Part shown: positions 51,291 through 64,000 of the stretch, one piece after another
Layout: every line of letters begins with the position of its first letter
Numbering within the stretch: position 1 is the first letter of the stretch
Source of the DNA: the human T2T-CHM13v2.0 reference genome, Homo sapiens
Length of the DNA: 64,000 nucleotides
Assembly (NCBI RefSeq): GCF_009914755.1
Contig: NC_060938.1
Reading direction: 5' to 3' (one strand)
Position numbers and translations under genes: made by a program
The notes under the pieces: model-generated
Database searches by the model: none
The model's input: only the letters and a program-made list of their open reading frames with translations
What the model was told of the DNA's origin: nothing

Positions 51291-54200
51291 TTGTCTAGGT
51301 TCTGTTTCCAGGGCATATTGTGACATATCTATGCACTGATCACCTTAGTGATGTAACAATTGTGTAGGCTCGGCCTACAGGGGAATCTTGACATATCTCT
51401 GCACTGTTAACCGAGGTGATTTAATTCTTCTTTAGGCTGTGCCCACAGGGGGATTGAGACATATCTCTGCACTGATCCCGAGGTGATCCAACTCTTGCCT
51501 GGTCTCTGCCTACTGGGGACATTGTGACATATCTCTGCACTGATCTCCCTTCTGCTGCAACTTTAGTCTAGGCTCTGGCTACAAGCATTGTGACATATCA
51601 GTGCACTGATCACATAGGTGATATAACTCTTGTCTAGGCTCTGCCTACAATGGTCTTGTGACATATCTCTACACTGATCACCCAGGTGACATAACTATTC
51701 TCTAGGATCTGACCACAGGGTGCTTTGTGACATATCCCTGCAATGATCACCCAGGTGATATACCACTTGCCAAGGCTCTGCCTACAGGGGCATTGCAATG
51801 TATCTCAGCACTGATCACCTAGGTCTTGTAACTCTTTTCTAGGATCTGCCTACAGGGTGCTTTGTGACGTATCCCAGCAAGGATTACCCAGGTGATGTAC
51901 CGCTCATCAAGGCTCTGCCTACAGGCACATTGCGATGTATCTCTGCACTGATCACCTAGGTCATGTAACCCTTGTCTAGTCTCTGCCTACGATGGCATTG
52001 TGACATATTTCTGCACTAATCATCCAAGTGATGTAAATCTTGTCTAGGATCTGCCTACATTAACTTTGTGACATAATCCTGTACTGATCATCCAGGTGAT
52101 GGGGTTTTTGTCTAGGCTCTGCCTAAGGGGGCATTGTGACATATTTCTGCATTGATCACCCAGGTGGCGAACTCTTCTCTTGGATCTGCCTATGGGGGCA
52201 TTGTGACAAATCTCTGCACTGATCACCCAGGTGTCGTAACTGTTTTGTAACCTCTGCCTACATGGGAATTGTGAGAGATCTCGCCAATGATCACCCAAGT
52301 GATGTAACCATTGTCTAGGCTTTGCGTACAGGGGGCTTTGTGACATACCTTTGCACTGATCACCCAGGTGATGTAACACATCTAAGTTCGGCCTAAAGGA
52401 GCTTTGTGACATATCTCTGCACTGATCTCTTAGGTGAAGTAACACTTTTATAAGCACTGCCTACAGGGAATTTTGAGAAATCTGTACACTGATCACCTAG
52501 GTGATGTAACTCTTGTCTACCCTCTGTCCAACGGGGCATTGTGAAATATCTCTGCACTGATGACCCAGGTGATTCAACTCTTGACTAGGATCTGCCTACC
52601 GAGGTTATTGTGAAATATCTCTGCACTGATAAACTAGGTGGTGTAACACTTGTCCAAGTTCTGCCTACAGGGGCGTTTTCACATATCCCTGAACTGATGA
52701 CAAAGGTGATGTAACTCTTGCCTAGGCTTTGCCTATAGGGGACATTGGACATATATCTGCACTGATCACCCAGGTGATGCAACTCTTGCCTAGGCTTTGC
52801 CTACAGGGGACATTGTGACATATCTCTTCAATGATCACCCATGTGATGCAATTCTTGCCTAGGCTTGGCCTACAGGGGACATTGTGACATATCTCTGCAC
52901 TGATTTCCCAGGTGCTGTAACTTTAGGCTAGGCGCTGGTTACACGGCATTGTGACATATCACTGCACTGATCAACCAGGTGATATAACCCCTGTATAGGC
53001 TCTGCCTACAGGGGGCTTGTGACATATCTCTGTACGGATCACCCAGGTGATATAGCTCTTCTCTAGTATCTGCCTACAGGGTGCTTTGTGACATATCCCT
53101 GCACTGATCACCCAGGTGATCTAACTCTGGTCTAAGCTCTTCCTAAAGGGGCATTGTGACAGATCTCTGCACTGATCACTCAGGTGATGTAACTGTTGTC
53201 TAGGCTCTGCTTCAAGGGGCCTTGTCACAAATCTCTGCACTGATCACCCAGGTGATGTAACTCTTGTCTAGGCTCTGCTTCCAGGGCATATTGTGACATA
53301 TCTATGCACTGATCACCTTAGTGATGTAACACTTGTGTAGGCTCGGCCTACAGGGGAATCTTGACATATCTCTGCACTGTTAACCGAGGTGATTTAACTC
53401 TTCTCTAGGCTGTGCCCACAGGGGGATTGAGACATATCTCTGCACTGATCCCGAGGTGATCCAACTCTTGCCTGGTCTCTGCCTACTGGGGACATTGTGA
53501 CATATCTCTGCACTGATCTCCCTTGTGCTGCAACTTTAGTCTAGGCTCTGGCTACACGACATTGTGACATATCAGTGCACTGATCACATAGGTGATATAA
53601 CTCTTGTCTAGGCTCTGCCTACAATGGTCTTGTGACATATCTCTGCACTGATCACCCAGGTGACATAACTATTCTCTAGGATCTGACCACAGGGTGCTTT
53701 GTGACATATCCCTGCAATGATCACCCAGGTGATATACCACTTGCCGAGGCTCTGCCTACGGGGCATTGCAATGTATCTCAGCACTGATCACCTAGGTCTT
53801 GTAACTCTTTTCTAGGATCTGCCTACAGGGTGCTTTGTGACGTATCCCAGCAAGGATTACCCAGGTGTTGTACCGCTCATCAAGGCTCTGCCTACAGGCA
53901 CATTGCGATGTATCTCTGCACTGATCACCTAGGTCATGTAACCTTTGTCTAGTCTCTGCCTACGATGGCATTGTGACATATTTCTGCACTAATCATCCAA
54001 GTGATGTAAATCTTGTCTAGGATCTGCCTACATTAACTTTGTGACATAATCCTGTACTGATCATCCAGGTGATGGGGTTTTTGTCTAGGCTCTGCCTAAG
54101 GGGGCATTGTGACATATTTCTGAATTAATCACCAAGGTGGCGAACTCTTCTCTTGGATCTGCCTATGGGGGCATTGTGACAAATCTCTGCACTGATCACC

Positions 54201-56279
54201 CAGGTGTCGTAACTGTTGTGTAACCTCTGCCTACAGGGGAATTGTGAGAGATCTCGCCACTGATCACCCAAGTGATGTAACCATTGTCTAGGCTTTGCGT
54301 ACAGGGGTCTTTGTGACATACCTTTGCACTGATCACCCAGGTGATGTAACACATCTAAGTTCGGCCTAAAGGCGCTTTGTGACATATCTCTGCACTGATC
54401 ACTTAGGTGATGTAACACTTTTATAAGCACTGCCTACAGGGAATTTTGACAAATCTGTACACTGATCACCTAGTTGACGTAACTCTTGTCTACCCTCTGT
54501 CCAACGGGGCATTGTGAAATATCTCTGCACTGATGACCCAGGTGATTCAACTCTTGACTCGGATCTGCCTACAGAGGTTATTGTGAAATATCTCTGCACT
54601 GATAAACAAGGTGGTGTAACACTTGTCCAAGTTCTGCCTACAGGGGCGTTTTCACATATCCCTGAACTGATGACAAAGGTGATGTAAGTCTTGCCTAGGC
54701 TTTGCCTACAGGGGACATTGGACATATATCTGCACTGATCACCCAGGTGATGCAACTCTTGCCTAGGCTTTGCCTACAGGGGACATTGTGACATATCTCT
54801 TCAATGATCATCCATGTGATGCAACTCTTGCCTTGGCTTTCCCTACAGGGGACATTGTGACATATCTCTGCACTGATTTCCCAGGTGCTGTAACTTTAGG
54901 CTAGGCTCTGGCTACACGGCATTGTGACATATCACTGCACTGATCAACCAGGTGATATAACCCCTGTATAGGCTCTGCCTACAGGGGGCTTGTGACATAT
55001 CTCTGCACGGATCACCCAGGTGATATAGCTCTTCTCTAGTATCTGCCTACAGGGTGCTTTGTGACATATCCCTGCACTGATCACCCAGGTGATCTAAATC
55101 TGGTCTAAGCTCTTCCTAAAGGGGCATTGTGACAGATCTCTGCACTGATCACTCAGGTGATGTAACTGTTGTCTAGGCTCTGCTTCAAGGGGCCTTGTCA
55201 CAAATCTCTGCACTGATCACCCAGGTGATGTAACTCTTGTCTAGGCTCTGCTTCCAGGGCATATTGTGACATATCTATGCACTGATCACCTTAGTGATGT
55301 AACACTTGTGTAGGCTCGGCCTACAGGGGAATCTTGACATATCTCTGCACTGTTAACCGAGGTGATTTGACTCTTCTCTAGGCTGTGCCCACAGGGGGAT
55401 TAAGACATATCTCTGCACTGATCCCGAGGTGATCCAACTCTTGCCTGGTCTCTGCCTACTGGGGACATTGTGACATATCTCTGCACTGATCACCCAGGTG
55501 ATATAACTATTCTCTAGGATCTGACCACAGGGTGCTTTGTGACATATCCCTGCAATGATCACCCAGGTGATATACCACTTGCCAAGGCTCTGCCTACAGG
55601 GGCACTGCAATGTATCTCAGCACTGATCACCTAGGTCTTGTAACTCTTTTCTAGGATCTGCCTACAGGGTGCTTTGTGACGTATCCCAGCAAGGATTACC
55701 CAGGTGATGTACCGCTCATCAAGGCTCTGCCTACAGGCACATTGCGATGTATCTCTGCACTGATCACCTAGGTCATGTAACCTTTGTCTAGTCTCTGCCT
55801 ACGATGGCATTGTGACATATTTCTGCACTAATCATCCAAGTGATGTAAGTCTTGTCTAGGATCTGCCTACATTAACTTTGTGACATAATCCTGTACTGAT
55901 CATCCAGGTGATGGGGTTTTTGTCTAGGCTCTGCCTAAGGGGGCATTGGGACATATTTCTGCATTGATCACCCAGGTGGCGAACTCTTCTCTTGGATCTG
56001 CCTATGGGGGCATTGTGACAAATCTCTGCACTGATCACCCAGGTTTCGTAACTGTTGTGTAACTTCTGCCTACAGGGGAATTGTGAGAGATCTCGCCACT
56101 GATCACCCAAGTGATGTAACCATTGTCTAGGCTTTGCGTACAGGGGTCTTTGTGACATACCTTTGCACTGATCACCCAGGTGATGTAACACATCTAAGTT
56201 CGGCCTAAAGGAGCTTTGTGACATATCTCTGCACTGATCACTTAGGTGATGTAACACTTTTATAAGCACTGCCTACAGG

Positions 56280-59200
56280 GAATTTTGACAAATCTGTACA
56301 CTGATCACCTAGGTGACGTAACTCTTGTCTACCCTCTGTCCAACGGGGCATTGTGAAATATCTCTGCACCGATGACACAGGTGATTCAACTCTTGACTAG
56401 GATCTGCCTACAGAGGTTATTGTGAAATATCTCTGCACTGATAAGCTAGGTGGTGTAACCCTTGTCCAAGTTCTGCCTACAGGGGCGTTTTCACATATCC
56501 CTGAACTGATGACAAAGGTGATGTAACTCTTGCCTAGGCTTTGCCTACAGGGGACATTGGACATATATCTGCACTGATCACCCAGGTGATGCAACTCTTG
56601 CCTAGGCTTTGCCTACTTGGGACATTGTGACATATATCTGCACTGATCACCCAGGTGATGCAACTCTTGCCTAGGCTTTGCCTACAGGGGACATTGTGAC
56701 ATATCTCTTCAATGATCACCCATGTGATGCAACTCTTGCCTAGGCTTTGCCTACAGGGATCATTGTGACATATCTCTGCACTGATTTCAAAGGTGCTGTA
56801 ACTTTAGTCTAGTCTCTGGCTACACGGCATTGTGACATATCACTGCACTGATCAACCAGGTGATATAACTCCTGTATATGCTCTGCCTACAGAGGGCTTG
56901 TGACATATCTCTGCACGGAACATCCAGGTGATATAGCTCTTCCCTAGGATGTGCCTACAGGGTGCTTTGTGACATATCCCTGCACTGATCACCCAGGTGA
57001 TCTAACTCTGGTCTAAGCTCTTCCTAAAGGGGCATTGTGACAGACCTCTGCACTGATCACTCAGGTGATGTAACTGTTGTCTAGGCTCTGCTTCAAGGGG
57101 CCTTGTCACAAATCTCTGCACTGATCACCCAGGTGATGTAACTCTTGTCTAGGCTCTGCTTCCAGGGCATATTGTGATATATCTATGCACTGATCACCTT
57201 AGTGATGTAACACTTGTGTAGGCTCGGCCTACAGGGGAATCTTGACATATCTCTGCACTGTTAACCGAGGTGATTTAACTCTTCTCTAGGCTGTGCCCAC
57301 AGAGGGATTGAGACATATCTCTGCACTGATCCCGAGGTGATCCAACTCTTGCCTGGTCTCTGCCTACTGGGGACATTGTGACATATCTCTGCACTGATCT
57401 CCCTTGTGCTGCAACTTTAATCTATGCTCTGGCTACACGACATTGTGACATATCAGTGCACTGATCACATAGGTGATATAACTCTTGTCTAGGCTCTGCC
57501 TACAATGGTCTTGTGACATATCTCTGCACTGATCACCCAGGTGACATAACTATTCTCTAGGATCTGACCACAGGGTGCTTTGTGACATATCCCTGCAATG
57601 ATCACCCAGGTGGTATACCACTTGCCGAGGCTCTGCCTACGGGGCATTGCAATGTATCTCAGCACTGATCACCTAGGTCTTGTAACTCTTTTCTAGGATC
57701 TGCCTACAGGGTGCTTTGTGACGTATCCTAGCAAGGATTACCCAGGTGTTGTACCGCTCATCAAGGCTCTGCCTACAGGCACATTGCGATGTATCTCTGC
57801 ACTGATCACCTAGGTCATGTAACCTTTGTCTAGTCTCTGCCTACGATGGCATTGTGACATATTTCTGCACTAATCATCCAAGTGATGTAACTCTTGTCTA
57901 GGATCTGCCTACATTAACTTTGTGACATAATCCTGTACTGATCATCCAGGTGATGGGGTTTTTGTCTAGGCTCTGCCTAAGGGGGCATTGTGACATATTT
58001 CTGAATTGATCACCAAGGTGGCGAACTCTTCTCTTGGATCTGCCTATGGGGGCATTGTGACAAATCTCTGCACTGACCACCCAGGTGTCGTAACTGTTGT
58101 GTAACCTCTGCCTACAGGGGAATTGTGAGAGATCTCGCCACTGATCACCCAAGTGATGTAACCATTGTCTAGGCTTTGCGTACAGGGGTCTTTGTGACAT
58201 ACCTTTGCACTGATCACCCAGGTGATGTAACACATCTAAGTTCGGCCTAAAGGAGCTTTGTGACATATCTCTGCACTGATCACTTAGGTGATGTAACACT
58301 TTTATAAGCACTGCCTACAGGGAATTTTGACAAATCTGTACACTGATCACCCAGGTGATGTAACTCTTGTCTACCCTCTGTCCAACGGGGCATTGTGAAA
58401 TATCTCTGCACTGATGACCCAGGTGATTCAACTCTTGACTAGGATCTGCCTACCGAGGTTATTGTGAAATATCTCTGCACTGATAAACTAGGTGGTGTAA
58501 CCCTTGTCCAAGTTCTGCCTACAGGGGCGTTTTCACATATCCCTGAGCTGATGACAAAGGTGATGTAACTCTTGCCTAGGCTTTGCCTACAGGGGACATT
58601 GGACATATATCTGCACTGATCACCCAGGTGATGCATCTCTTGCCTAGGCTTTGCCTACTTGGGACATTGTGACATATATCGGCACTGATCAACCAGGTGA
58701 TGCAACTCTTGGCTAGGCTTTGCCTACAGGGGACATTGTGACATATCTCTTCAATGATCACCCATGTGATGCAACTCTTGTCTAGGCTTTGCCTACAGGG
58801 ATCATTGTGACATATCTCTGCACTGATTTCCCAGGTGCTGTAACTTTAGTCTAGGCTCTGGCTACACGGCATTGTGACATATCACTGCAATGATCAACCA
58901 GGTGATATAACTCCTGTATATGCTCTGCCTACAGAGGGCTTGTGATATATTTCTGCACGGAACACCCAGGTGATATAGCTCTTCTCTAGGATCTGCCTAC
59001 AGGGTGCTTTGTGACATATCCCTGCACTGATCACCCAGGTGATCTAACTCTGGTCTAAGCTCTTCCTAAAGGGGTATTGTGACAGACCTCTGCAATGATC
59101 ACTCAGGTGATGTAACTGTTGTCTAGGCTCTGCTTCAAGGGGCCTTGTCACAAATCTCTGCACTGATCACCCAGGTGATGTAACTCTTGTCTAGGCTCTG

Positions 59201-62200
59201 CTTCCAGGGAATATTGTGACATATCTATGCACTGATCACCTTAGTGATGTAACACTTGTGTAGGCTCGGCCTACAGGGGAATCTTGACATATCTCTGCAC
59301 TGTTAAGCGAGGTGATTTAACTCTTCTCTAGGCTGTGCCCACAGAGGGATTGAGACATGTCTCTGCACTGATCCCGAGGTGATCCAACTCTTGCCTGGTC
59401 TCTGCCTACTGTGGACATTGTGACATATCTCTGCACTGATCTCCCAGGTGCTGTAACTTTAGTCTAGGCTCTGGCTGCACGGCATAGTGACATATCACTG
59501 CACTGATCACCCAGGTGATATAAATCTTGTCTAGGCTCTGCCTACAATGGCCTTGTGACATATCTCTGCACTGATCACCCAGGTGATATAACTCTTCTCT
59601 AGGATCTGACCACAGGGTGCTGTGTGGCATTTCCCTGCAATGATCACCCAGGTGATATACCACTTGCCAAGGCTCTGCCTACAGGGGCATTGCAATGTAT
59701 CTCTGCACTGATCACCTAGGTCTTGTAACTCTTTTCTAGGATCTGCCCAAAGGGTGCTTTTTGACGTATCCCAGCAAGGATTACCCAGGTGATGTTCCTC
59801 TCATCAAGGCTCTGCCTACAGGCACATTGCGATGTATCTCTGCACTGATCACCTAGGTCATGTAACTTTTGTCTAGGCTCTGCCTACGATGGCATTGTGA
59901 CATATCTCTGCACTAATCATCCAAGTGATGTAAACCTTGTCTAGGATCTGCCTAAATTAACTTTGTGACATAACCCTGTACTGATCATCCAGGTGATGGG
60001 GCTTTTGTCTAGTCTGTGCCTAAGGGGGCATTGTGACATATTTCTGCATTGATCACCCAGGTGGCGAACTCTTCTCTTGGAACTGCCTATGGGGGCATTG
60101 TGACAAATCTCTGCACTGATCACCCAGGTTATGTAACTGTTGTGTAACCTCTGCCTACAGGGGAATTGTGAGAGATCTCGCCACTGATCACTCAAGTGAT
60201 GTAACCATTGTCTAGGCTTTGCGTACAGGGGGCTTTGTGACATACCTTTGCACTGATCACCCAGGTGATGTAACACATCTAAGTTCGGCCTAAAGGAGCT
60301 TTGTGACATATCTCTGCACTGATCACTTAGGTGATGTAACACTTTTATAAGCACTGCCTACAGGGAATTTTGACAAATCTGTACACTGATCACCTAGGTG
60401 ATGTAACTCTTGTCTACCCTCTGTCCAACGGGGCATTGTGAAATATCTCTGCACCGATGACACAGGTGATTCAACTCTTGACTAGGATCTGCCTACAGAG
60501 GTTATTGTGAAATATCTCTGCACTGATAAACTAGGTGGTGTAACCCTTGTCCAAGTTCTGCCTACAGGGGCGTTTTCACATATCCCTGAACTGATGACAA
60601 AGGTGATGTAAGTCTTGCCTAGGCTTTGCCTACAGGGGACATTGGACATATATCTGCACTGATCACCCAGGTGATGCAACTCTTGCCTAGGCTTTGCCTA
60701 CTTGGGACATTGTGACATATATCTGCACTGATCACCCAGGTGATGCAACTCTTGCCTAGGCTTTGCCTACAGGGGACATTGTGACATATCTCTTCAATGA
60801 TCACCCATGTGATGCAACTCTTGCCTAGGCTTTGCCTACAGGGATCATTGTGACATATCTCTGCACTGATTTCAAAGGTGCTGTAACTTTAGTCTAGTCT
60901 CTGGCTACACGGCATTGTGACATATCACTGCACTGATCAACCAGGTGATATAACTCCTGTATATGCTCTGCCTACAGAGGGCTTGTGACATATCTCTGCA
61001 CGGAACATCCAGGTGATATAGCTCTTCCCTAGGATGTGCCTACAGGGTGCTTTGTGACATATCCCTGCACTGATCACCCAGGTGATCTAACTCTGGTCTA
61101 AGCTCTTCCTAAAGGGGCATTGTGACAGACCTCTGCACTGATCACTCAGGTGATGTAACTGTTGTCTAGGCTCTGCTTCAAGGGGCCTTGTCACAAATCT
61201 CTGCACTGATCACCCAGGTGATGTAACTCTTGTCTAGGCTCTGCTTCCAGGGCATATTGTGATATATCTATGCACTGATCACCTTAGTGATGTAACACTT
61301 GTGTAGGCTCGGCCTACAGGGGAATCTTGACATATCTCTGCACTGTTAACCGAGGTGATTTAACTCTTCTCTAGGCTGTGCCCACAGGGGGATTGAGACA
61401 TATCTCTGCACTGATCCCGAGGTGATCCAACTCTTGCCTGGTCTCTGCCTACTGGGGACATTGTGACATATCTCTGCACTGATCTCCCTTGTGCTGCAAC
61501 TTTAATCTATGCTCTGGCTACACGACATTGTGACATATCAGTGCACTGATCACATAGGTGATATAACTCTTGTCTAGGCTCTGCCTACAATGGTCTTGTG
61601 ACATATCTCTGCACTGATCACCCAGGTGACATAACTATTCTCTAGGATCTGACCACAGGGTGCTTTGTGACATATCCCTGCAATGATCACCCAGGTGGTA
61701 TACCACTTGCCATGGCTCTGCCTAAAGGGGCATTGCAATGTATCTCAGCACTGATCACCTAGGTCTTGTAACTCTTTTCTAGGATCTGCCTACAGGGTTC
61801 TTTGTGACGTATCCCAGCAAGGATTACCCAGGTGATGTACCGCTCGTCAAGGCTCTGCCTACAGGCACATTGCGATGTATCTCTGCACTGATCACCTAGG
61901 TCATGTAACCTTTGTCTAGTCTCTGCCTACGATGGCATTGTGACATATTTCTGCAGTAATCATCCACGTGATGTAACTCTTGTCTAGGATCTGCCTACAT
62001 TAACTTTGTGACATAATCCTGTACTGATCATCCAGGTGATGGGGTTTTTGTCTAGGCTCTGCCTAAGGGGGCATTGTGACATATTTCTGCATTGATCACC
62101 CAGGTGGCGAACTCTTCTCTTGGAACTGCCTATGGGGGCATTGTGACAAATCTCTGCACTGACAACCCAGGTGTCGTAACTGTTGTGTAACCTCTGCCTA

Positions 62201-64000
62201 CAGGGGTATTGTGAGAGATCTCGCCACTGATCACCCAAGTGATGTAACCATTGTCTAGGCTTTGCGTACAGGGGTCTTTGTGACATACCTTTGCACTGAT
62301 CACCCAGGTGATGTAACACATCTAAGTTCGGCCTAAAGGAGCTTTGTGACATATCTCTGCACTGATCACTTAGGTGATGTAACACTTTTATAAGCACTGC
62401 CTACAGGGAATTTTGACAAATCTGTACACTGATCACCCAGGTGATGTAACTCTTGTCTACCCTCTGTCCAACGGGGCATTGTGAAATATCTCTGCACTGA
62501 TGACCCAGGTGATTCAACTCTTGACTAGGATCTGCCTACCGAGGTTATTGTGAAATATCTCTGCACTGATAAACTAGGTGGTGTAACCCTTGTCCAAGTT
62601 CTGCCTACAGGGGCGTTTTCACATATCCCTGAGCTGATGACAAAGGTGATGTAACTCTTGCCTAGGCTTTGCCTACAGGGGACATTGGACATATATCTGC
62701 ACTGATCACCCAGGTGATGCATCTCTTGCCTAGGCTTTGCCTACTTGGGACATTGTGACATATATCGGCACTGATCAACCAGGTGATGCAACTCTTGGCT
62801 AGGCTTTGCCTACAGGGGACATTGTGACATATCTCTTCAATGATCACCCATGTGATGCAACTCTTGTCTAGGCTTTGCCTACAGGGATCATTGTGACATA
62901 TCTCTGCACTGATTTCCCAGGTGCTGTAACTTTAGTCTAGGCTCTGGCTACACGGCATTGTGACATATCACTGCAATGATCAACCAGGTGATATAACTCC
63001 TGTATATGCTCTGCCTACAGAGGGCTTGTGATATATTTCTGCACGGAACACCCAGGTGATATAGCTCTTCTCTAGGATCTGCCTACAGGGTGCTTTGTGA
63101 CATATCCCTGCACTGATCACCCAGGTGATCTAACTCTGGTCTAAGCTCTTCCTAAAGGGGTATTGTGACAGACCTCTGCAATGATCACTCAGGTGATGTA
63201 ACTGTTGTCTAGGCTCTGCTTCAAGGGGCCTTGTCACAAATCTCTGCACTGATCACCCAGGTGATGTAACTCTTGTCTAGGCTCTGCTTCCAGGGAATAT
63301 TGTGACATATCTATGCACTGATCACCTTAGTGATGTAACACTTGTGTAGGCTCGGCCTACAGGGGAATCTTGACATATCTCTGCACTGTTAAGCGAGGTG
63401 ATTTAACTCTCCTCTAGGCTGTGCCCACAGAGGGATTGAGACATATCTCTGCACTGATCCCGAGGTGATCCAACTCTTGCCTGGTCTCTGCCTACTGTGG
63501 ACATTGTGACATATCTCTGCACTGATCTCCCAGGTGCTGTAACTTTAGTCTAGGCTCTGGCTGCACGGCATAGTGACATATCACTGCACTGATCACCCAG
63601 GTGATATAAATCTTGTCTAGGCTCTGCCTACAATGGCCTTGTGACATATCTCTGCACTGATCACCCAGGTGATATAACTCTTCTCTAGGATCTGACCACA
63701 GGGTGCTGTGTGGCATTTCCCTGCAATGATCACCCAGGTGATATACCACTTGCCAAGGCTCTGCCTACAGGGGCATTGCAATGTATCTCTGCACTGATCA
63801 CCTAGGTCTTGTAACTCTTTTCTAGGATCTGCCCAAAGGGTGCTTTTTGACGTATCCCAGCAAGGATTACCCAGGTGATGTTCCTCTCATCAAGGCTCTG
63901 CCTACAGGCACATTGCGATGTATCTCTGCACTGATCACCTAGGTCATGTAACTTTTGTCTAGGCTCTGCCTACGATGGCATTGTGACATATCTCTGCACT
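56280..64000 (+). repeat. Tandem super-HOR of ~4,086 bp (30+30 monomers); second copy truncated by the window end
   Basis: ORF pairs 56534/60619 (offset 4,085) and 58439/62525, 58576/62662, 59406/63492 (offset 4,086). Confidence 0.85.

Larger units (their letters stand above)
19507..64000 (+). repeat. Beta satellite (68-bp Sau3A / BSR) array, ~650 monomers, single orientation, runs off the window end
   Basis: 68-bp monomer consensus GATCACCCAGGTGATGTAACTCTTGTCTAGGCTCTGCCTACAGGGGCATTGTGACATATCTCTGCACT with a GATC site in most monomers. This matches the known human beta satellite. Confidence 0.96.
19860..64000 (+). repeat. Beta-satellite higher-order repeat: ~1,974-bp 29-mer with structural variants, 23 complete units plus one nearly complete
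   Basis: The marker monomer ctaggatctgccta(a/c)attaactttgtg recurs at 19860, 21697, 23602, 25507, 27414, 29387, 30815, 32242, 34080, 35988, 37964, 39392, 41161, 43135, 44562, 46603, 48577, 50004, 52044, 54017, 55856, 57898, 59941, 61984. All intervals are close to multiples of 68. Confidence 0.92.

Noticed and set aside
34080-55856. Offset 21,776 bp equals about 4 x 5,444, suggesting a regular 80-monomer periodicity through the core
   Set aside because: The intervening HOR series (28,29,21,26,29,21,30,29,21,30,29,27) does not split into four 80-monomer units. Only two true copies exist, so I treat it as coincidence.
19860-62397. Recurrent 137-aa (MLIKVLHHLSDQCRD...) and 65-aa minus-strand ORFs that look like a tandem Cys/His-rich gene family
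   Set aside because: They recur once per HOR because the DNA repeats. The peptide motifs (HHLGDQCRD, ITWVISAEICH) are just frames of the 68-bp monomer, and the ORFs are freely frameshifted or truncated between copies. I used them only as positional markers.
19507-64000. Alpha satellite / functional centromere, or D4Z4/DUX4- or LSau-associated beta satellite
   Set aside because: The period is 68 bp rather than 171 bp and I saw no CENP-B box. No GC-rich D4Z4/LSau or other non-beta insertion was seen in the array.

Overview
This window is entirely tandem-repeat DNA, most likely human or great-ape pericentromeric/acrocentric heterochromatin. I find no credible gene. There are three domains. (1) 1-~7,000: a composite satellite in which a diverged (CATTC/CACTC)n satellite-III-type pentamer array is interrupted 20 times by the same ~56-bp, CpG-decayed, antisense fragment of an Alu 3' end. 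Spacing between copies is nearly always 5n+2 bp. (2) ~7,000-19,497: the same diverged pentamer array with no Alu cassettes and a few local duplications. (3) 19,507-64,000: a 68-bp beta-satellite (Sau3A/BSR) array of ~650 monomers, organised as a ~1.97-kb 29-monomer higher-order repeat (HOR). It has 21/26/27/28/30-mer structural variants, nested super-repeats (5.44 kb and 4.09 kb), long-range duplicated blocks (offsets 12,652 and 21,776 bp) and two interleaved HOR haplotypes. All listed ORFs are explained as translations of the repeats. Coordinates and counts come from reading by eye and from arithmetic on the ORF track, not from alignments. I could not search databases, so novelty is unverified.
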